In this document: piece by piece, positions 1 through 13,600 of the stretch
Numbering within the stretch: the stretch's first letter is position 1
Layout: every line of letters starts with the position of its first letter
Source: Rhizophagus irregularis
Lineage: Eukaryota
Assembly: GCF_026210795.1 (NCBI RefSeq)
Contig: NC_089432.1
Coordinates: 3,224,001-3,288,000, forward strand
Direction: 5' to 3'
Length of the DNA stretch: 64,000 nucleotides
Made by a program: the position numbers and the translations under genes
The notes under the pieces: generated by a model
The model's database searches: none
Told to the model about the DNA's origin: nothing
Seen by the model: only the letters and a program-made list of their open reading frames with translations

Positions 1-1
1 T

Positions 2-460
2 GATATTGGAATAAGTGTCAATAAAGATTTAAAAATGGCTGTGTATTGGTATGAAAAAGCTGCAAATAATGGAGATTTAGAAGCTATGCATAATCTTGGC
101 CTCATATATAAAAATGGAGATGGTGTTGATAAAGATCATCAAAAAGCTTTTGAATTATTCAAACAATCAGCTGAAGGAGGAGATTCAAGTGGAATAATGA
201 TGTTAGCTTATTGTTACGATAATGGAATTGGAATTAATATTGATAAACAAAAGGCAGTTGAATTGTATCAGAAAGCTGCAAATTTAGGACATATAACGGC
301 TCAATATAATCTTGCTATTATATATGAAGAAGGAGATGGAATTAAAAAAGATTTAAATAAAGCAATTTATTGGTATGAACAATCTGCTAAACAAGGACAT
401 CAAAAAGCTCAAAATATATTAAAAAAACTAAGAAAAATTAGAATTAGGAACAATTTATGA
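2..460 (+). CDS. 3' end (SEL1-like repeats) of a kinase-SEL1 paralog, truncated by the window start
   Basis: AVYWYEKAANNG/AMHNLGLIY/AQYNLAIIY SEL1 motifs; near-identical to the last exon and 3' flank of the downstream copies. Confidence 0.9.
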   Translation, partial: DIGISVNKDLKMAVYWYEKAANNGDLEAMHNLGLIYKNGDGVDKDHQKAFELFKQSAEGGDSSGIMMLAYCYDNGIGINIDKQKAVELYQKAANLGHITAQYNLAIIYEEGDGIKKDLNKAIYWYEQSAKQGHQKAQNILKKLRKIRIRNNL

Positions 461-1145
461 TGTAAATTATTTGTACCATTACATAGAAAAATAAACATGG
501 TAATTTTAAACATCAGTATTTATTAATTAAATTATGTAGTATCAAATTTTTATAATATTAAATTGAATATAATGAATGTGTATTCTTGTTAAACACTTAA
601 AATTATTATACCTTTTAAAAAGGAATAAATGATATACTATAAAGTACTTTCATTACTTTTTAACTCAATAGCCAGTAATATATCTTAATTTTTTTAAAAA
701 ATTATATAATAATAATTACATTAGTATCTTATTAATACAAAATGATGTATAGATAAAACACTTAATATGCAACCAATAATATTTCCCAAAATTCCAATTT
801 TTTACTTTGACTCAGCTAATTCTATATGGCAATTTTAATTAATCGAGGTAGATCTTTTTTGGCCAAAAGCAGGTTGTCCAAAAATATACTTGAGAATTTG
901 TCGTATCTAAAATGTAAATCTTAACATTTCTTCTATTTGTTGAATCCAGATAAAAAAATCTCATTAGGAGGATAAAATTAGTGTAATTCTATAAATACAC
1001 AGGTGATCGTGATAAATTGGATCTTTGATAAACCGGATTTGGTGTAGGGTTTCAATCTGTTATCTGAATTAGAATCCGGATTGAAATCTGTATTTCAGAT
1101 TTAGATCTGGATTAAGACTTGTAATTCGGATTAAAATACAGATTA

Positions 1146-1349
1146 CAGCTGTTTTCATAAGACCTGGGACAAAATAAATTTTTGGACCCGACCACCAACC
1201 CACCAATCTGGTTCAGTTGTTATTTGCTTTACAAATCAAATTATCAAATCTGGATTACATGCCTAGCGAAAAATACTGGATCAGCAGGTCAGTGGGTCGG
1301 TGGTCGGGTTCAAAAATTTATTTTGTCCCAGGTCTTATGAAAACAGCTG
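1146..1349. mobile_element. Tc1/mariner-type (Stowaway-like) MITE
   Basis: ~55-bp near-perfect TIRs starting cagctgttttcataagacctgggacaaaataaattttt; TA on both sides. Confidence 0.9.
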
Positions 1350-2117
1350 TAAATTATATTGTCCAGATTAAATCTGAATGAGACTTATGATAATTATATA
1401 TCAATAAATTATTTAATATAAAATATTATATATTATATAAGTTTTTTTTTTATTTTTTAATAAGATTAGTATGCAATATAAATTTATTACACTTATATTT
1501 CTAATATGCTTCATCTTCTAGTTATTCCAATCTGGCGTGAAAACTTCCATAACTTTCATATTTTGTTTTAAAAAGTGCATTTTAGTCACTATTCCCTTTC
1601 ATCCAAGAATGTACGTATGCATAGTTCTCCATTAACATCAAAACATTTTGTAAAATAACTATGTGTGATACTTGTATATTTTCTTTTAGCACTGCCCTCT
1701 TTTATAAATATTAATTAAAAAAAAGATAATTTTTATTCTTTTTAATAAAAAGAATTATTTTACAACCTTTTCTTCTAATTTCATAGGCAGTAGTCGCTAA
1801 TTTTGTAATTCTTTGAACTTAAAGGGCTTTGTAAACTTCTATTAGGAAATTCTTCATTATCCAAATCAATTTCAATATTATTATTTTCTATTGTTTATAT
1901 TGTTTACAATAACTTAAGTGAGACGTAAAGAATTTTGTTTACAAGTAAATAGTGATTATTAATATAGTAAATCAGTATTAAACTATTTATATACTAATCC
2001 GGATTACAATCCGTCCAATCCGCTAATCCGGATTACACAATCCGTCTAAATCCATCTTAAGGATCTAATTTGGTGTTATTTCAGATTTTTCTCCCGGAAC
2101 CAAATCTGTCATTAAAA

Positions 2118-2659
2118 CTAGGAAACGGTAACCGTTGGTGCGTCCGAAGCATCATAAATTACATGTTCATAAATTTAAACTGAACACTAAAAATATCACA
2201 CTAAAAATGCTAAAAAAAGTAATAGTATCACTAAAAAATGTCATTTTATTATCATACTTTCATACTTTGTACTATTTTTGCAAATTTTTAATTTATTCTC
2301 ATGATTGTCAAAAAAAAAATAAAAAGTTAACATTTAATTAAAAAAAATACAAAATGTAAAAATTATGAGTAAAAAAAAATCAATTTATTATTTGAATGCC
2401 ATAAAAAACTTTAAGAAATAAGAAAATTTAAATCAGGGATAAAAAAATTTTTAAATTTAACGTATAAACAGTAGTCATGTGACTTTATAAAGATATTTTT
2501 AGAATCAGGGGACATAAACAAAAAGTGTTGTACACGTAAACAAATTTAAGGTTACACCTGATCCTTAAATTTTATTGGTCATACACGTGTGCGGACAGAC
2601 AACACTTGCATGGTTTGGAGTAGTATGGAAGTGTCCTACGCTTACGCTTCGGACAATAA
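2118..2659 (-). mobile_element. Non-autonomous Helitron/Helentron-like element
   Basis: Minus strand begins ttattgtccgaag and ends aacgg-tta-ccgtt-tc-CTAG|tttt; the same two termini recur at 14361-14574; internal gtccgaag/cttcggac sub-terminal inverted repeat. Confidence 0.55.
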
Positions 2660-3229
2660 TCGTGATACCAGATTTTATTAGTAAAGTCGCAATATTTCAT
2701 AAGTCCTATATCAGTTATATCAAAAAAATTTTGATATATTGAATTTTTCCAAATTTAGCATTAATGTATCCTTTTTAGCATACCTTTATATTATTGTAAT
2801 TTTAAAAAAATGCTTGATTCCAGCCGAAATGGTTAATTTTTAACAGAATTAAAATTAATAATTTTATACCAAAATTCTTTACGAATATTGCATACAATTT
2901 TACCATTCTTTTTTTTTATATTAATAATTTAATCAAAATTTTCATATAAAATCCAGTATAAGAAGATTTTTTGTTATATCGGATATCTTGATATACCGGA
3001 TATTTTCTCTGGAATAAATCAATCCGATTTATTGTGATCACCTGTGTAATACAAATGTGAAAAACTATATAAATTTACACCACTAGCGATGATGTACGAG
3101 TGTGAAAAATTTAGAAAAATTTTCAATAATATAAAATATTAGCGCATTTTTTTAATAGTAAAATATGGCGTAATTATTTAATTATATAAAATCATGTAAT
3201 ATTATAATAATATAAAATCGGTATAATTT

Positions 3230-4480
3230 ATTTATTTATTAAAATGACTAGATAAACGCATTTATATAAGAATAAGATCACATGAAATATTTTAACTGAA
3301 TCTAAAAGTTAGAAATAACGAAAGTAAAGAAACGATAATTATCCCTAAAAAGACTTATGAACTTACAAAAGAAATACCTATCCAAGTATCCCTAATCTAA
3401 GAAAAATATGTAAATGAGAAATGTTAGTGAAACATTTCTAATTAGAAAAAAAGGCAAAAATAAATGAAAGTTTTATAACGAAAATTACAAAACTTACTAT
3501 TTCTGATTGCTCAAATCAAGAAATCCGAGTATACAAATGAAGAAAAATTTTAGAAAATGCTTCTAATAAAAAAATTAAAAATAAAAAGTTTCTAAGTTAT
3601 AAATTTGAAACTTACTGCATAGAACAATTCAATGTCAGATCCAATGCCAAAGAAAGTAATGAAAAAATGTTAGCATATCGGCTGATTGGAAAAATCGAGC
3701 CAATTAATATTTAAGCTCAGTTGATGGTTCATTATATAACTGATGGGTTACTTATTGTCATTTAGCATATAAAATTATGGGAGGCTTTTCTGATCAGCCG
3801 ATATGGTAAAAAGTTTCATTAAAAAAGCTTCAAAGTTGGTTATTTTAAACTTACCAAGGTTCCAATGCCAAATCAAATGCCAGTACCTAAAAAAAGAAAA
3901 AAGAAACATTAGCAAATGTTTCTACTAAATTTTATAATAAAGCATCACAAAACTTACTGGTTTCGAAATTGAAAAACCTATAGCCAGAATCTAAAAGAAA
4001 AAGGGAAATGTTAGCAAATGTTTCTAATTAAAAAATACATAAAAAAACTAAGAATTTATAAAATTTATCATCCCAATTAGTCAAGATCGAAAAACTGAAA
4101 TCTACAAAAAAGAAAAAAATAAACATTAATAATGTTTCTAATAAAAAAAGTTAAAAAAATTTAAGTTTCATAATGAAACATACAAAACTAAATCATTTCA
4201 GTGGACACTTAAAACTTACAAAAAGAAAGTAATGAAACATTACCTACCTTAAAAAAATTGAAAAAAATTTAAGTTCAATTTTTGAAACTTACTCAATGTT
4301 CAGTACCGAAGTAAAGCATAAACATTTCTGTAAAAAAAGAATTAAAAAATAAATTGAATTTTATAACTTCGAAACTACTCAAATATCCAATGCAGTTATG
4401 CCAAAATTGAAACTGGTGGGAACCTATGTACAAAAAAGAAAGAAAGTCTGAAAAAAAATCAAAGTTTAAAAAAAGTTACG
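3230..4480 (-). ncRNA. Degenerate multi-exon hairpin-intron array (putative spliced non-coding transcript) inside the 962-5140 element
   Basis: Repeated minus-strand GTAAGT donors (+ aacttac), YAG acceptors after T-tracts, and CTAAY branch points in gaaacatt..aatgtttc palindromes; ~110-130-bp period. Confidence 0.5.
3674..3805. mobile_element. Small MITE
   Basis: catatcggctgattggaaaa ... ttttctgatcagccgatatg 20-bp TIR (2 mismatches); interrupts a branch-point palindrome. Confidence 0.7.
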
Positions 4481-6672
4481 TTAGCGTGATCCTTAATTTA
4501 TGTTGAAATTTAGGCGAATCACCTGACCGAATTGGCTGAAATTTTGTTAAAGTCAAAAGTTATGATTTCTACTAGTGAATTTTATGTGTAGGTTCTTATA
4601 TTTAAGAAATTATTCAAGATGTAGATTTCTGAAATTACCTATTCGTGTAGAATCTACGCAACTTTTTAGATACAAAATTATTTACTATTACTAGCTATAT
4701 TTTCTGTAATAATTTCTTTTTTATTCTTTTTGTATTATATTATTGTTTTTTGGATTATTTAATTTTCCTATATTTTTCCTACCGTTGTTGCGTTCGTTTC
4801 AGACTTAAAATCATGCATTTAAGAAATTATTTCAAGATGTGAAAACCTACATAACTTTTAGGATACAAAATCATTAAAGTGTTTTTTAAATCATGTCTTT
4901 ATATGTAAGTTACTTAAAATCATGTATTTATGAAATTATTTCAAGATGTAAAACTTTCAAACTACCTATTCATGTAGAATCTAAACAACTTTTTAAAATC
5001 CGCCTTATTAAATAACTGTTTTTAAGTGTAAATTATGCAAAATATTATATTTATAGATTTTTACGGGGTATAATTTCCAGGTATTACACATATTTGACAA
5101 TTTTACGTTAATACTAGCCTAATATACTAACCTCCTGATGCTATTTACGAAAGTGGCGTAGTTCAACTGTTTATGATATACTAAATGTAAAATTTTATCT
5201 TTAGTTAGCATAATTATCTTGATAAAAACTTTTTTAAATAATAAAACAATAATAGGAAAAACAGTAAATAAAGCACTTAAACACTTTATGTTTGACGCTT
5301 AAAAACAATATACGCTGCATGTTTGCGCTCATTACGCTCATCATTATTTTTAAAATTAGTAATTTAGTTAGATATGGTTTTTTTCAAATATTTTATTAAG
5401 CAAAAAATTATTTTCATACCATAAAATTGTTAAGCCCAGACTCCGGAGCAATAATTTATTTATTTAACACGTGACAAGACCATCTTAGATCATTGTGTTA
5501 CTCAGTGGTCCCGGAGACCCGGACTAATCAAATTTTATATTATATGATACTGAGTAATAACTAAACTAATTTTAATTGTGTAGTCACTTATAAGATACTA
5601 ATTATTTCTCATAAAAAAGTAATTCATCAAACAAGAACTAGGTTTATTGAGAAACTAGAAGGTTCTTTATCATGACAGCAATGCATAATTATGTTCAAAT
5701 CTGATATATTTGTAATAAAATTGAAGCATGAATGTTTCTATACACAATTTTAATCCAGACACTACATTCTAATGCTCACAGCTTCACAATGTACATTTCA
5801 TATTATAAATAAGATGGGATGAAATAATTTGATAATTTTTTTGATATTTTTTTTTTCTTTTTTAATAGAATCTGTTTGATGTATTTGAAAATTTTTTTAA
5901 TAGTATTGATATCCATTTGATAGTTTTTTTGATAACTGAAGGTCTATCTGAAAAAAAAAAGTTTAATACTACGTATCTCTAAACTTTTATTTAAATCTCA
6001 GACTATTTCTCTATACTTGAAAATTTTCTTTATCTAAGTATTGTTAACATTGTTTAATTTGGATTCAGATCAAATCGTCATATTTTTTTTCAAAATTAAA
6101 ATTAATCATAACCATAAATTTAATGTAACTACAATTTATTAAGATGAAATATTGAACATTTTCTTTTGCAAAAAGAAGAATAAAATGCATTGATTTTTAA
6201 GATAAATTTTTTACAAAAAAGAGAAAAAGATAAATCCAAAATGGAAATTGATTTCCAATTTTTTTAATAAAATTGAGACGAATCTTTTTTTCTTACAAAA
6301 AGAAAAAGTGATAAACCAATGATCTTTAAATTTTATTTTATCTCAAAAATAGAAAAGGATAAAGTAAAAATAGCAAGTGATTTCCTTTTTAAACAAAAAA
6401 AAAAAATTAAAGAAGGTTAGTTTCATCTATACTAACATAATTAAAATACCAAATTAATCATGATTTTTATGATGATCATATCCTGAAATGTATTAAATTG
6501 TTTACGTGTAAATATATTGACAATTAATCTTTATTTACCACAATATGTCACACGAGTGATTGTATGATTTACACAAATCCATAAATAGAATACTTTTTTT
6601 TTCCTGTCCACCGTAAAAAATTTTTATTTCTTTTTTCATCTATTATTTCTAATAATAAAATAATAATAAAAA

Positions 6673-8986
6673 ATGCAAAATAACGAAAATATAAATGAAT
6701 GGACAAATTGGATTGAGGAGGCTATTATTAAACAACATATTAAATATTATGAGTATGAAAATTTTAAAAATATTCAAGAAGTTGGTTCCGGAGCATTCGG
6801 AAAGGTTTTTCGTGCAAATTGGAAAAATTTTGGTCATTATTTAGCATTAAAATCATTTTATAATCTAAACGATATTACCTTAAAAGAAATTGTTAATGAA
6901 GTAATCAAATATTTTAATTTCATTTTTTTTAAAAAAATTATTTTTTCGTATACTCTTTTTCATATTTTACTTATTTATTTTCTTAATTTTCTAATTATTA
7001 TGCGTTACAATTTAGCTTAAACTTCAGCGAGAAGTAGATTTTCATGACAATATTATTCGCTTTTATGGAATCACAAAATTTGAATCAGGTATTTGTAAAT
7101 ATCTATATATCAAGCATAACAAATAAAATTAGGGTTATTTAATTTTTTTTCTTTTTGTAAAAACTAATAATCGATTCTTACTTTTTTTATTAGAAAATAA
7201 AATTGACCAAACAAAGAATTATTTGTTAGTAATGGAATACGCTAACGGTGGTACCCTTCGTGACTATTTAAACGAAAACTTCAATAGACTTAGTTGGGAT
7301 GATAGGTATAATTTAGCTCATCAATTAGCTTGTTCTGTATTATGTCTACATGATGAAGGGATAGTTCACCGAGATTTGGTATTTTTTTTAATAAAATATT
7401 TAAAATACTTTACGAACTAAATTAATATTATTTATATATTATAATAGCATTCTTGTAATGTGTTGGTTCATAAGAAATCCATCAAGTTGGCGGACTTTGG
7501 ATTATCAAAAAGAATTGATGAAGCATCGAATTCACAATCAAAGTTACTTGGTATGGTTCCCTATATTGATCCGAAAGTATTAATTAATAGCAATAATTTA
7601 AAATTAAATGAGAAGAGCGATGTATATAGTATCGGCGTTTTATTATGGGAAATATCAAGTGGGAAACCACCATTTCATGAAGAAAACAATAAGATTGGCT
7701 TAATCTATGACATTTCACAAGGACGAAGAGAAGAAATTATTCCCGATACTCCTAATGATTATTCAAATCTTTATATTGGTAAATATGATTTTAATATATT
7801 GGTTGTTTTACTTATTAAAGTCATTATTTTAATTAAAATTCTTTAATTATTAGAATGTTGGAATAATGAACCAAATAAACGACCAAATATGCATGAGGTT
7901 GTTAATAGATTAGGAGTATTTATTCCAAATTCAAATAGCATAACAATTGATCAACAGAATAACATATCTGATCAAACTTATCCTACGCCAAATGAAATTC
8001 TAACCCCAAATAGTGCAGGAAATTCATCACATGGAGAATTATCTCAAATGATCCAAAATTTCACTAATATGAATGCAAATGAAATAGATAGTATGTCTAC
8101 TATTGAACAAATTAATGAATATATTTCACCTAGTAAGAAAAATTTAAGCATTATACTTAGCGAAATAGTTGATCTCATTTTTAAGGAAAATATTAAAGAT
8201 AATATGAAGGTAGAACAGCATGTTCTTGATTATTTGAATAATCATAATGTAAATTCTAAAGAAATTTATAATTGGTTATTAAATAATCAAAACAATTCAG
8301 AATCTATTTTTTTACTTGGTTATTTTAATTATCAAGGAATTAAAACGACAGTGGATCTTGAGAAAGCATTTAATTTACTTATTAATGCATCAAAACAGGA
8401 TCATACATTAGCACAATATTTTGTTGGACAATGTTATGAATTTGGATATGGAATTACAAAAAATGAAAAACTTGCATTTGAATATTATGAAAAAGTAGCT
8501 AATAAAGATTATGCAATGGGACAATTTAAATTAGGTGTGTTTTATGAAAATGGAATAAATATTAAAAAAGATTTAAAAATGACTGTGTATTGGTATGGAA
8601 AAGCTGCAAATAATGGACATTTAAAAGCTATGCATAATCTTGGCCTCATATATAAAAATGGAGATGGTGTTGATAAAGATCATCAAAAAGCTTTTGAATT
8701 ATTCAAACAATCAGCTGAAGAAGGACATCTAAATGGAGTGATAATGTTAGGAAACTGTTATTATTTTGGAATTGGAATTAATTTTGATAAACAAAAAGCT
8801 GTTGAATTATATCAGAAAGCTGCAAATTTAGGACATAAGGTAGGTCAATATAATCTTGCTATTATATATGAAGAAGGAGACGGCATTGAAAAAGATTTAG
8901 ATAAAGCAATTTATTGGTATAAACAATCAGCTAAACAAGGACATCATAATGCTCAAACTAGATTAGAAGAACTCAAGAAAAATTAG
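6673..8986 (+). CDS. Tyrosine-kinase-like protein kinase with C-terminal SEL1 repeats (copy 1)
   Basis: Exons 6673-6900, 7016-7088, 7194-7378, 7448-7778, 7854-8986 with GT-AG introns; GSGAFGKV, ALK, HRDLHSCN, DFG, DVYSIG motifs; SEL1 repeats. Confidence 0.93.
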
Positions 8987-9486
8987 AATTAAAAACAAAG
9001 TTATGATGGAAATTATTTAAAAAAAATTTTTTTTTTATTGTATTTATAATTGTACTATTACATAGGAAAATAAACACGGTAATTTTAAACATTAGTATCT
9101 ATTAAATTACGTAGTATTAAATTTTATAATATTAAATTTTATATAATAAATGTGTATTCTTGTTAAAGTTAAACATTAAACACTTAAAACCTTAAAAAAA
9201 AAATTGTTTAGCCTTAATTAAATATTAATTATTTTTTGAATTTTTTGAGGAAATCTCCTGACAACATTTCTTTATAAAGTACTACTTCATTACTCTTTAA
9301 CTGAATAGCCGGTTAACATAAAGTATCTTTAATTTTTTTTAAAAATTATTATATCACAATAATCACATTAGTATCTTAATACAAAATGATGTAAAGATAA
9401 AGTGCAACAATAGTATTTCCCAAAATTCTAATTTGACTCAGCTAATTCTATAAGGCCGGTTGAATTAATCGAGGTAGATCTTTTGG

Positions 9487-9896
9487 CATGGAATATTGAA
9501 TCTAAGGATTGCAAATTAATTATTATATATATAATTTTTAAGTGTAATTTGTGTAATATATTGTATTAATATTAATATTTACATCTGTAAATGCCGCTTC
9601 TTTATTATTCCATCCCTGAATTTGGTAAATAATTGCAACACCTTCTTCGCTTGTTGGTGGGTATTCAACTGGTGTTAATGAGTGAATAATTGTTTTAACA
9701 GTCATAGACTTTGTAATATATATTTCATCATCCTTAGGTTCAGGTGGAGATATATTATTTGGCTAAATTATACAATATAACGGTGTATTACTACTATGTA
9801 GTTTACTTAATAATTATACGTTTAAAATTATATTACCTCTATATTAAGGTCCTCTTCATAAACAATATCTTCTTCATTAACAAAATTAGTATCCAT
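9487..9896 (-). pseudogene. Truncated 5' part of a spliced gene, possibly a DNA-transposase N-terminus
   Basis: Exons 9896-9837, 9762-9583, 9501-9487 splice in frame: MDTNFVNEED...VEYPPTSEEGVAIIYQIQGWNNKEAAFTD|IQYSM; ends exactly where homology to the duplicated spacer resumes. Transposase identity is from recollection and unverified. Confidence 0.5.
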
Positions 9897-9940
9897 AGAT
9901 GATAATTATTTCTTTAAAAACAATTTGTTTAACGTGAACT

Positions 9941-10095
9941 TTGATAAAAGGTATTTTGACACGAAAGTTTATTGTAAATGATTATTTCTTTAAAAATCAA
10001 ATTGCTTTGATAAAAGGTATCTTGACACGAAAATTTTTTGTAGATGAAAAGTGTTTAACACGAGTTTCGATAAAAGGTATCTTGACACGAAAAAT
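9941..10095. repeat. Three ~60-66-bp-spaced copies of gataaaaggtatyttgacacgaaa
   Basis: Motif visible at ~9943, ~10009 and ~10070. Confidence 0.8.
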
Positions 10096-10648
10096 TTTTT
10101 TACTATTATTACGAAATTCAGAGTAGGCTGAGCTGTTATTCATCACCTAAGTATACTTCACACACACCTCTTATGTTATATACTGCTAAATGTTACCATA
10201 CTTGACTGGTCTTTTATATAACATAACCTCATACTACGCTACAATTTCTTGTGCCAGTTAAGGTTAGTAATATTGCATCTTTGGCTAAATTTTTGTCCCA
10301 TTGCTTGATCACGTGATCACACGGATATATTTTTGATTGGGTTAAAGCACATGACAGAAGCAGAAAAACTTCTGATTGGTCTGTCCACTTAGGGTTAAGA
10401 CCTACGCGCTTAGGGTGTTATGGTTAGGGTTAGGATTATTGTGATATTAGGAGATTTGTAAAATTTTCTGAAGTGAAAAAATGCAAAAAAATATAAAAAT
10501 TTTTTATTTACATTTTGTATTCTATATATAATTACATTTTCATTCTATAGTAATAAAGTATACATTATACGCAGTGCAGTCTTTAAAAAAAATATACATT
10601 GAATATTTATACTTTTCCCATTAATCAGTAATAAATCACTAATCATCG

Positions 10649-13600
10649 TTACATCTTCCATTTATCAATCAAAGACTCTCCCTTATTCTGTTTAAATATA
10701 ATAGGTAAAAAAGATTTTATTTCATCTTTCCTAACCAATTCGTTCTCACCAAAGGTGCTCCAGTATCTATCTAATGGCCAAGGTCGTGTATAAAGTACTT
10801 TAAATAGTCGTTTATTAATTTCATTATCAAACTCAAACGCTTCAACACCTCGAATATACATAATATTAGCTTTTTCTCCCGGTCTCGATCGTGTAGATAT
10901 ATAATCTATGCTTTTTATTTCTGATGTTGCTTTGTATGGGAGTTCTCCCTGATGAAAATCAGCATAGATACCTAGAACCTTATAATCTTTCTGCCGTATA
11001 CCAACACTTGCTGGATTTGTTAATGCGAAATTGTCTACCGATTTATAGGTTGATTGTTTTGCATTCTTGTTTTGAATTAAAATGACGCCATAATCAGAAG
11101 AGTATTTAAATGGAATGACATGATCGATATCTTTGAACCCAAATGGCATCCTGATGGCAGCATGGCGGTGATAAGCTTCTTTGACAAGATCCTCCGTTAG
11201 GAATTTATTCCCTTCAGATTCATTCACATAATCCATATTGGTAGCCAGCAAAGATATCCAATGATTAAATCCAACTTTTGCATCATTTATTTTCAATTCG
11301 TCAAGAAGCATACTATGGCCATCAATTTTTTCTAAAAATAATTTTAAGGGAATTTTCTCCAAATATGTAGCTGATCCTAAAAATATTTCTCTCGCAACAA
11401 CTGCATATCTCATCAAAAAGAGGATGCGATTGACAAGTTCTCCTCTTTCTCCCACTTCTACTACCCCACGACTGAGCAGTTCCACCAATGTGTCCAAGCA
11501 GTTTTCCCAACCAACATTAATGATTCCTTTTAGAGCACCAGATGCAAGGATAGCATCAGAAGGATATGTGCAAAGAATGCTTGTACGATCAGGTGAAATC
11601 CCTATAGCAGTAGCCATATGGGATGCTATCAGATTGTCTACTTCTGCAATTCGAGGAGAAACTTCAAGAGCCAGGGTGCAAGATATACATGCAAGATTAG
11701 CAATATAATCATCCTTCTTTTTGCTAAAGTTGCGGATCTTCTCTGAAGCTAGAAGAATAAGATCTTTAAGACTTTCTCCGGCTTGAGCAAGAGAACCCCA
11801 AAGGGGAGTTCCTAGATATACAGCCCTTTTAAGATCGTAATCTTTATCAAAGTTTTCTTTACCAACGTTTTCAACAAGTAATGCTAACACGTCCGTGGTA
11901 CTTACATCTAAATACGCAGGAAATATTTGGAAATTAGTTGTTCTGGCAGATACGGTATCTTTTATCGTTGGAGGAAGGAAATTGCCAATCTTCCCATTTG
12001 TGCTGAGAACAACATTAAAGAATCCTTTCCATGAAATTTTCTTAATTTGTCGTCTCCATTTAACAAAGCAGGTTTCGCCACTATTTCTCTGCGTAATTAA
12101 TTCATGTGCCTCGTCAATACAACAAACTACAGAGATACCTATTTGGGGAAATAAATCCTTAACAAATTCTTCGTTATTGCATTTTGATTGTGAAGATTCA
12201 AGATCCAACGATCCCAAAACTACATTCCAGAATTCCTCACATTCGTGATCACCTTTAACTTGAATATCCCAAAACTCCTCTGCGCTCCATCCTTTGTTTT
12301 TAATTTCTTCGATTGCGCCACACAAAAGAGCCCCAAATTCATCATCCCGAATTGTATCCAGAACTTTTTGAGCAAAAGGTGTTGATTTGGGGTATCCAGT
12401 ACTATCCTCACTACGTTTACAGATGTACAAGACATAGATCCCCTTGGTTCTCAATTCCGCCACAAGCCGCGTTTTACCGGAACCGGAGCTTTGTATGATT
12501 GCTAAATAAGGGACGTATCTGCTATCTGACAACCAAATTTCATGAAAAAAGTTTAGCCGAATGTAAAATTTTTCCAGAACAGTGCCTTGGTATTTAGTTT
12601 GGAATGCTTTTTCAATTCTTTTCGATTCAATATTATCTGTAAAAAATAATAATATATACAGTATAATGAGAAAATAAATAATGATTTATAAATGCAGAAC
12701 ACTAACAGTTTGTACTATGCATTCTTACTCATTTTTTTTCTACTTGATGTGCTCTTGTTATCTAATGATAGCAAGTAAATAAAATGTCAGAATTGTATTT
12801 AATATATTTAATATTCGAATCCAACCATGGTATACATACCATTTTTTTTGTTTACAATAATAACCTCTAATTTCATACCATACAGAACATCAATAGAAAT
12901 AGCGGGATCCAAGAATTCCGTTTCATTTCTATTGCGAAGGAAGACCATCTCATAGGAATAATCGCTGAGGGTATTAAAACTATCTTTGATTTCTCTTCTA
13001 AGACCATCTACGTCATAAATTCCCTTTGAATCGCAATCTTCTTTTCTAAAGGTGAGACTAAATTCTTCATAATAAACCCATATTTTCTTAACTTTTTTAG
13101 CTAGATAGAATGTGAGTAAAGAGTATTAAGACATTTCGTGATAAAATTCGTATATGGGCCAAAACAATTAACTACCTTCTTCGAGCTTCACCTTTTTGTT
13201 TGGACGGTCTAAAAAGAAGAAAGTGCGCAAGTAAATAAAATGTCAGAATTGTATTTAGATTTTGAAATATTCGAATCCCATACAATTTTCTTTGTCTACA
13301 ATAACATCTAATTCCATAAATTCCATACTATATAGATTATCAATAGAAATAGTGGGAGCTAAGATTTCTGTTTCATTTTTTTTGCGAAGGGAGAGCATAT
13401 CATTAGTATAATTGCTGAGGCTACTCAATCTATCTCTGATTTCTCTTTTAAGATCATCTACGTCACAAATTCCCTTTGATTCCAACTCTTCTTTACTAAA
13501 GGCAATGGGACATCGATCATAACAAACCCATATTTTCTTTTCAGCTAGATAGTATGTGAGTAAAGAGTATTAAGACATTTCGTAATAAAATTCGTGTAGA

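Larger units (their letters stand above)
998..3046. mobile_element. Nested ~2-kb TIR element flanked by TA
   Basis: cacaggtgatcgtgataaattggat ... atccgatttattgtgatcacctgtg imperfect ~25-bp TIRs; many subterminal (a)tccgga(t) motifs; possible decayed coding remnant at ~1500-1900 (-). Confidence 0.7.
962..5140. mobile_element. 4.2-kb non-autonomous TIR element (CATYAGGAGG ends, 2-bp CT target duplication)
   Basis: cattaggagg at 962 and cctcctgatg ending at 5140, both flanked by 'ct'; the paralogous spacer at ~20460 is the empty site (aaaaaaatacatttaacgaaagtgg). Confidence 0.8.

Noticed and set aside
11322..12498. Overlapping or antisense ORFs within the CRN gene
   Set aside because: Shadow frames of the 627-aa ORF with no recognisable motifs
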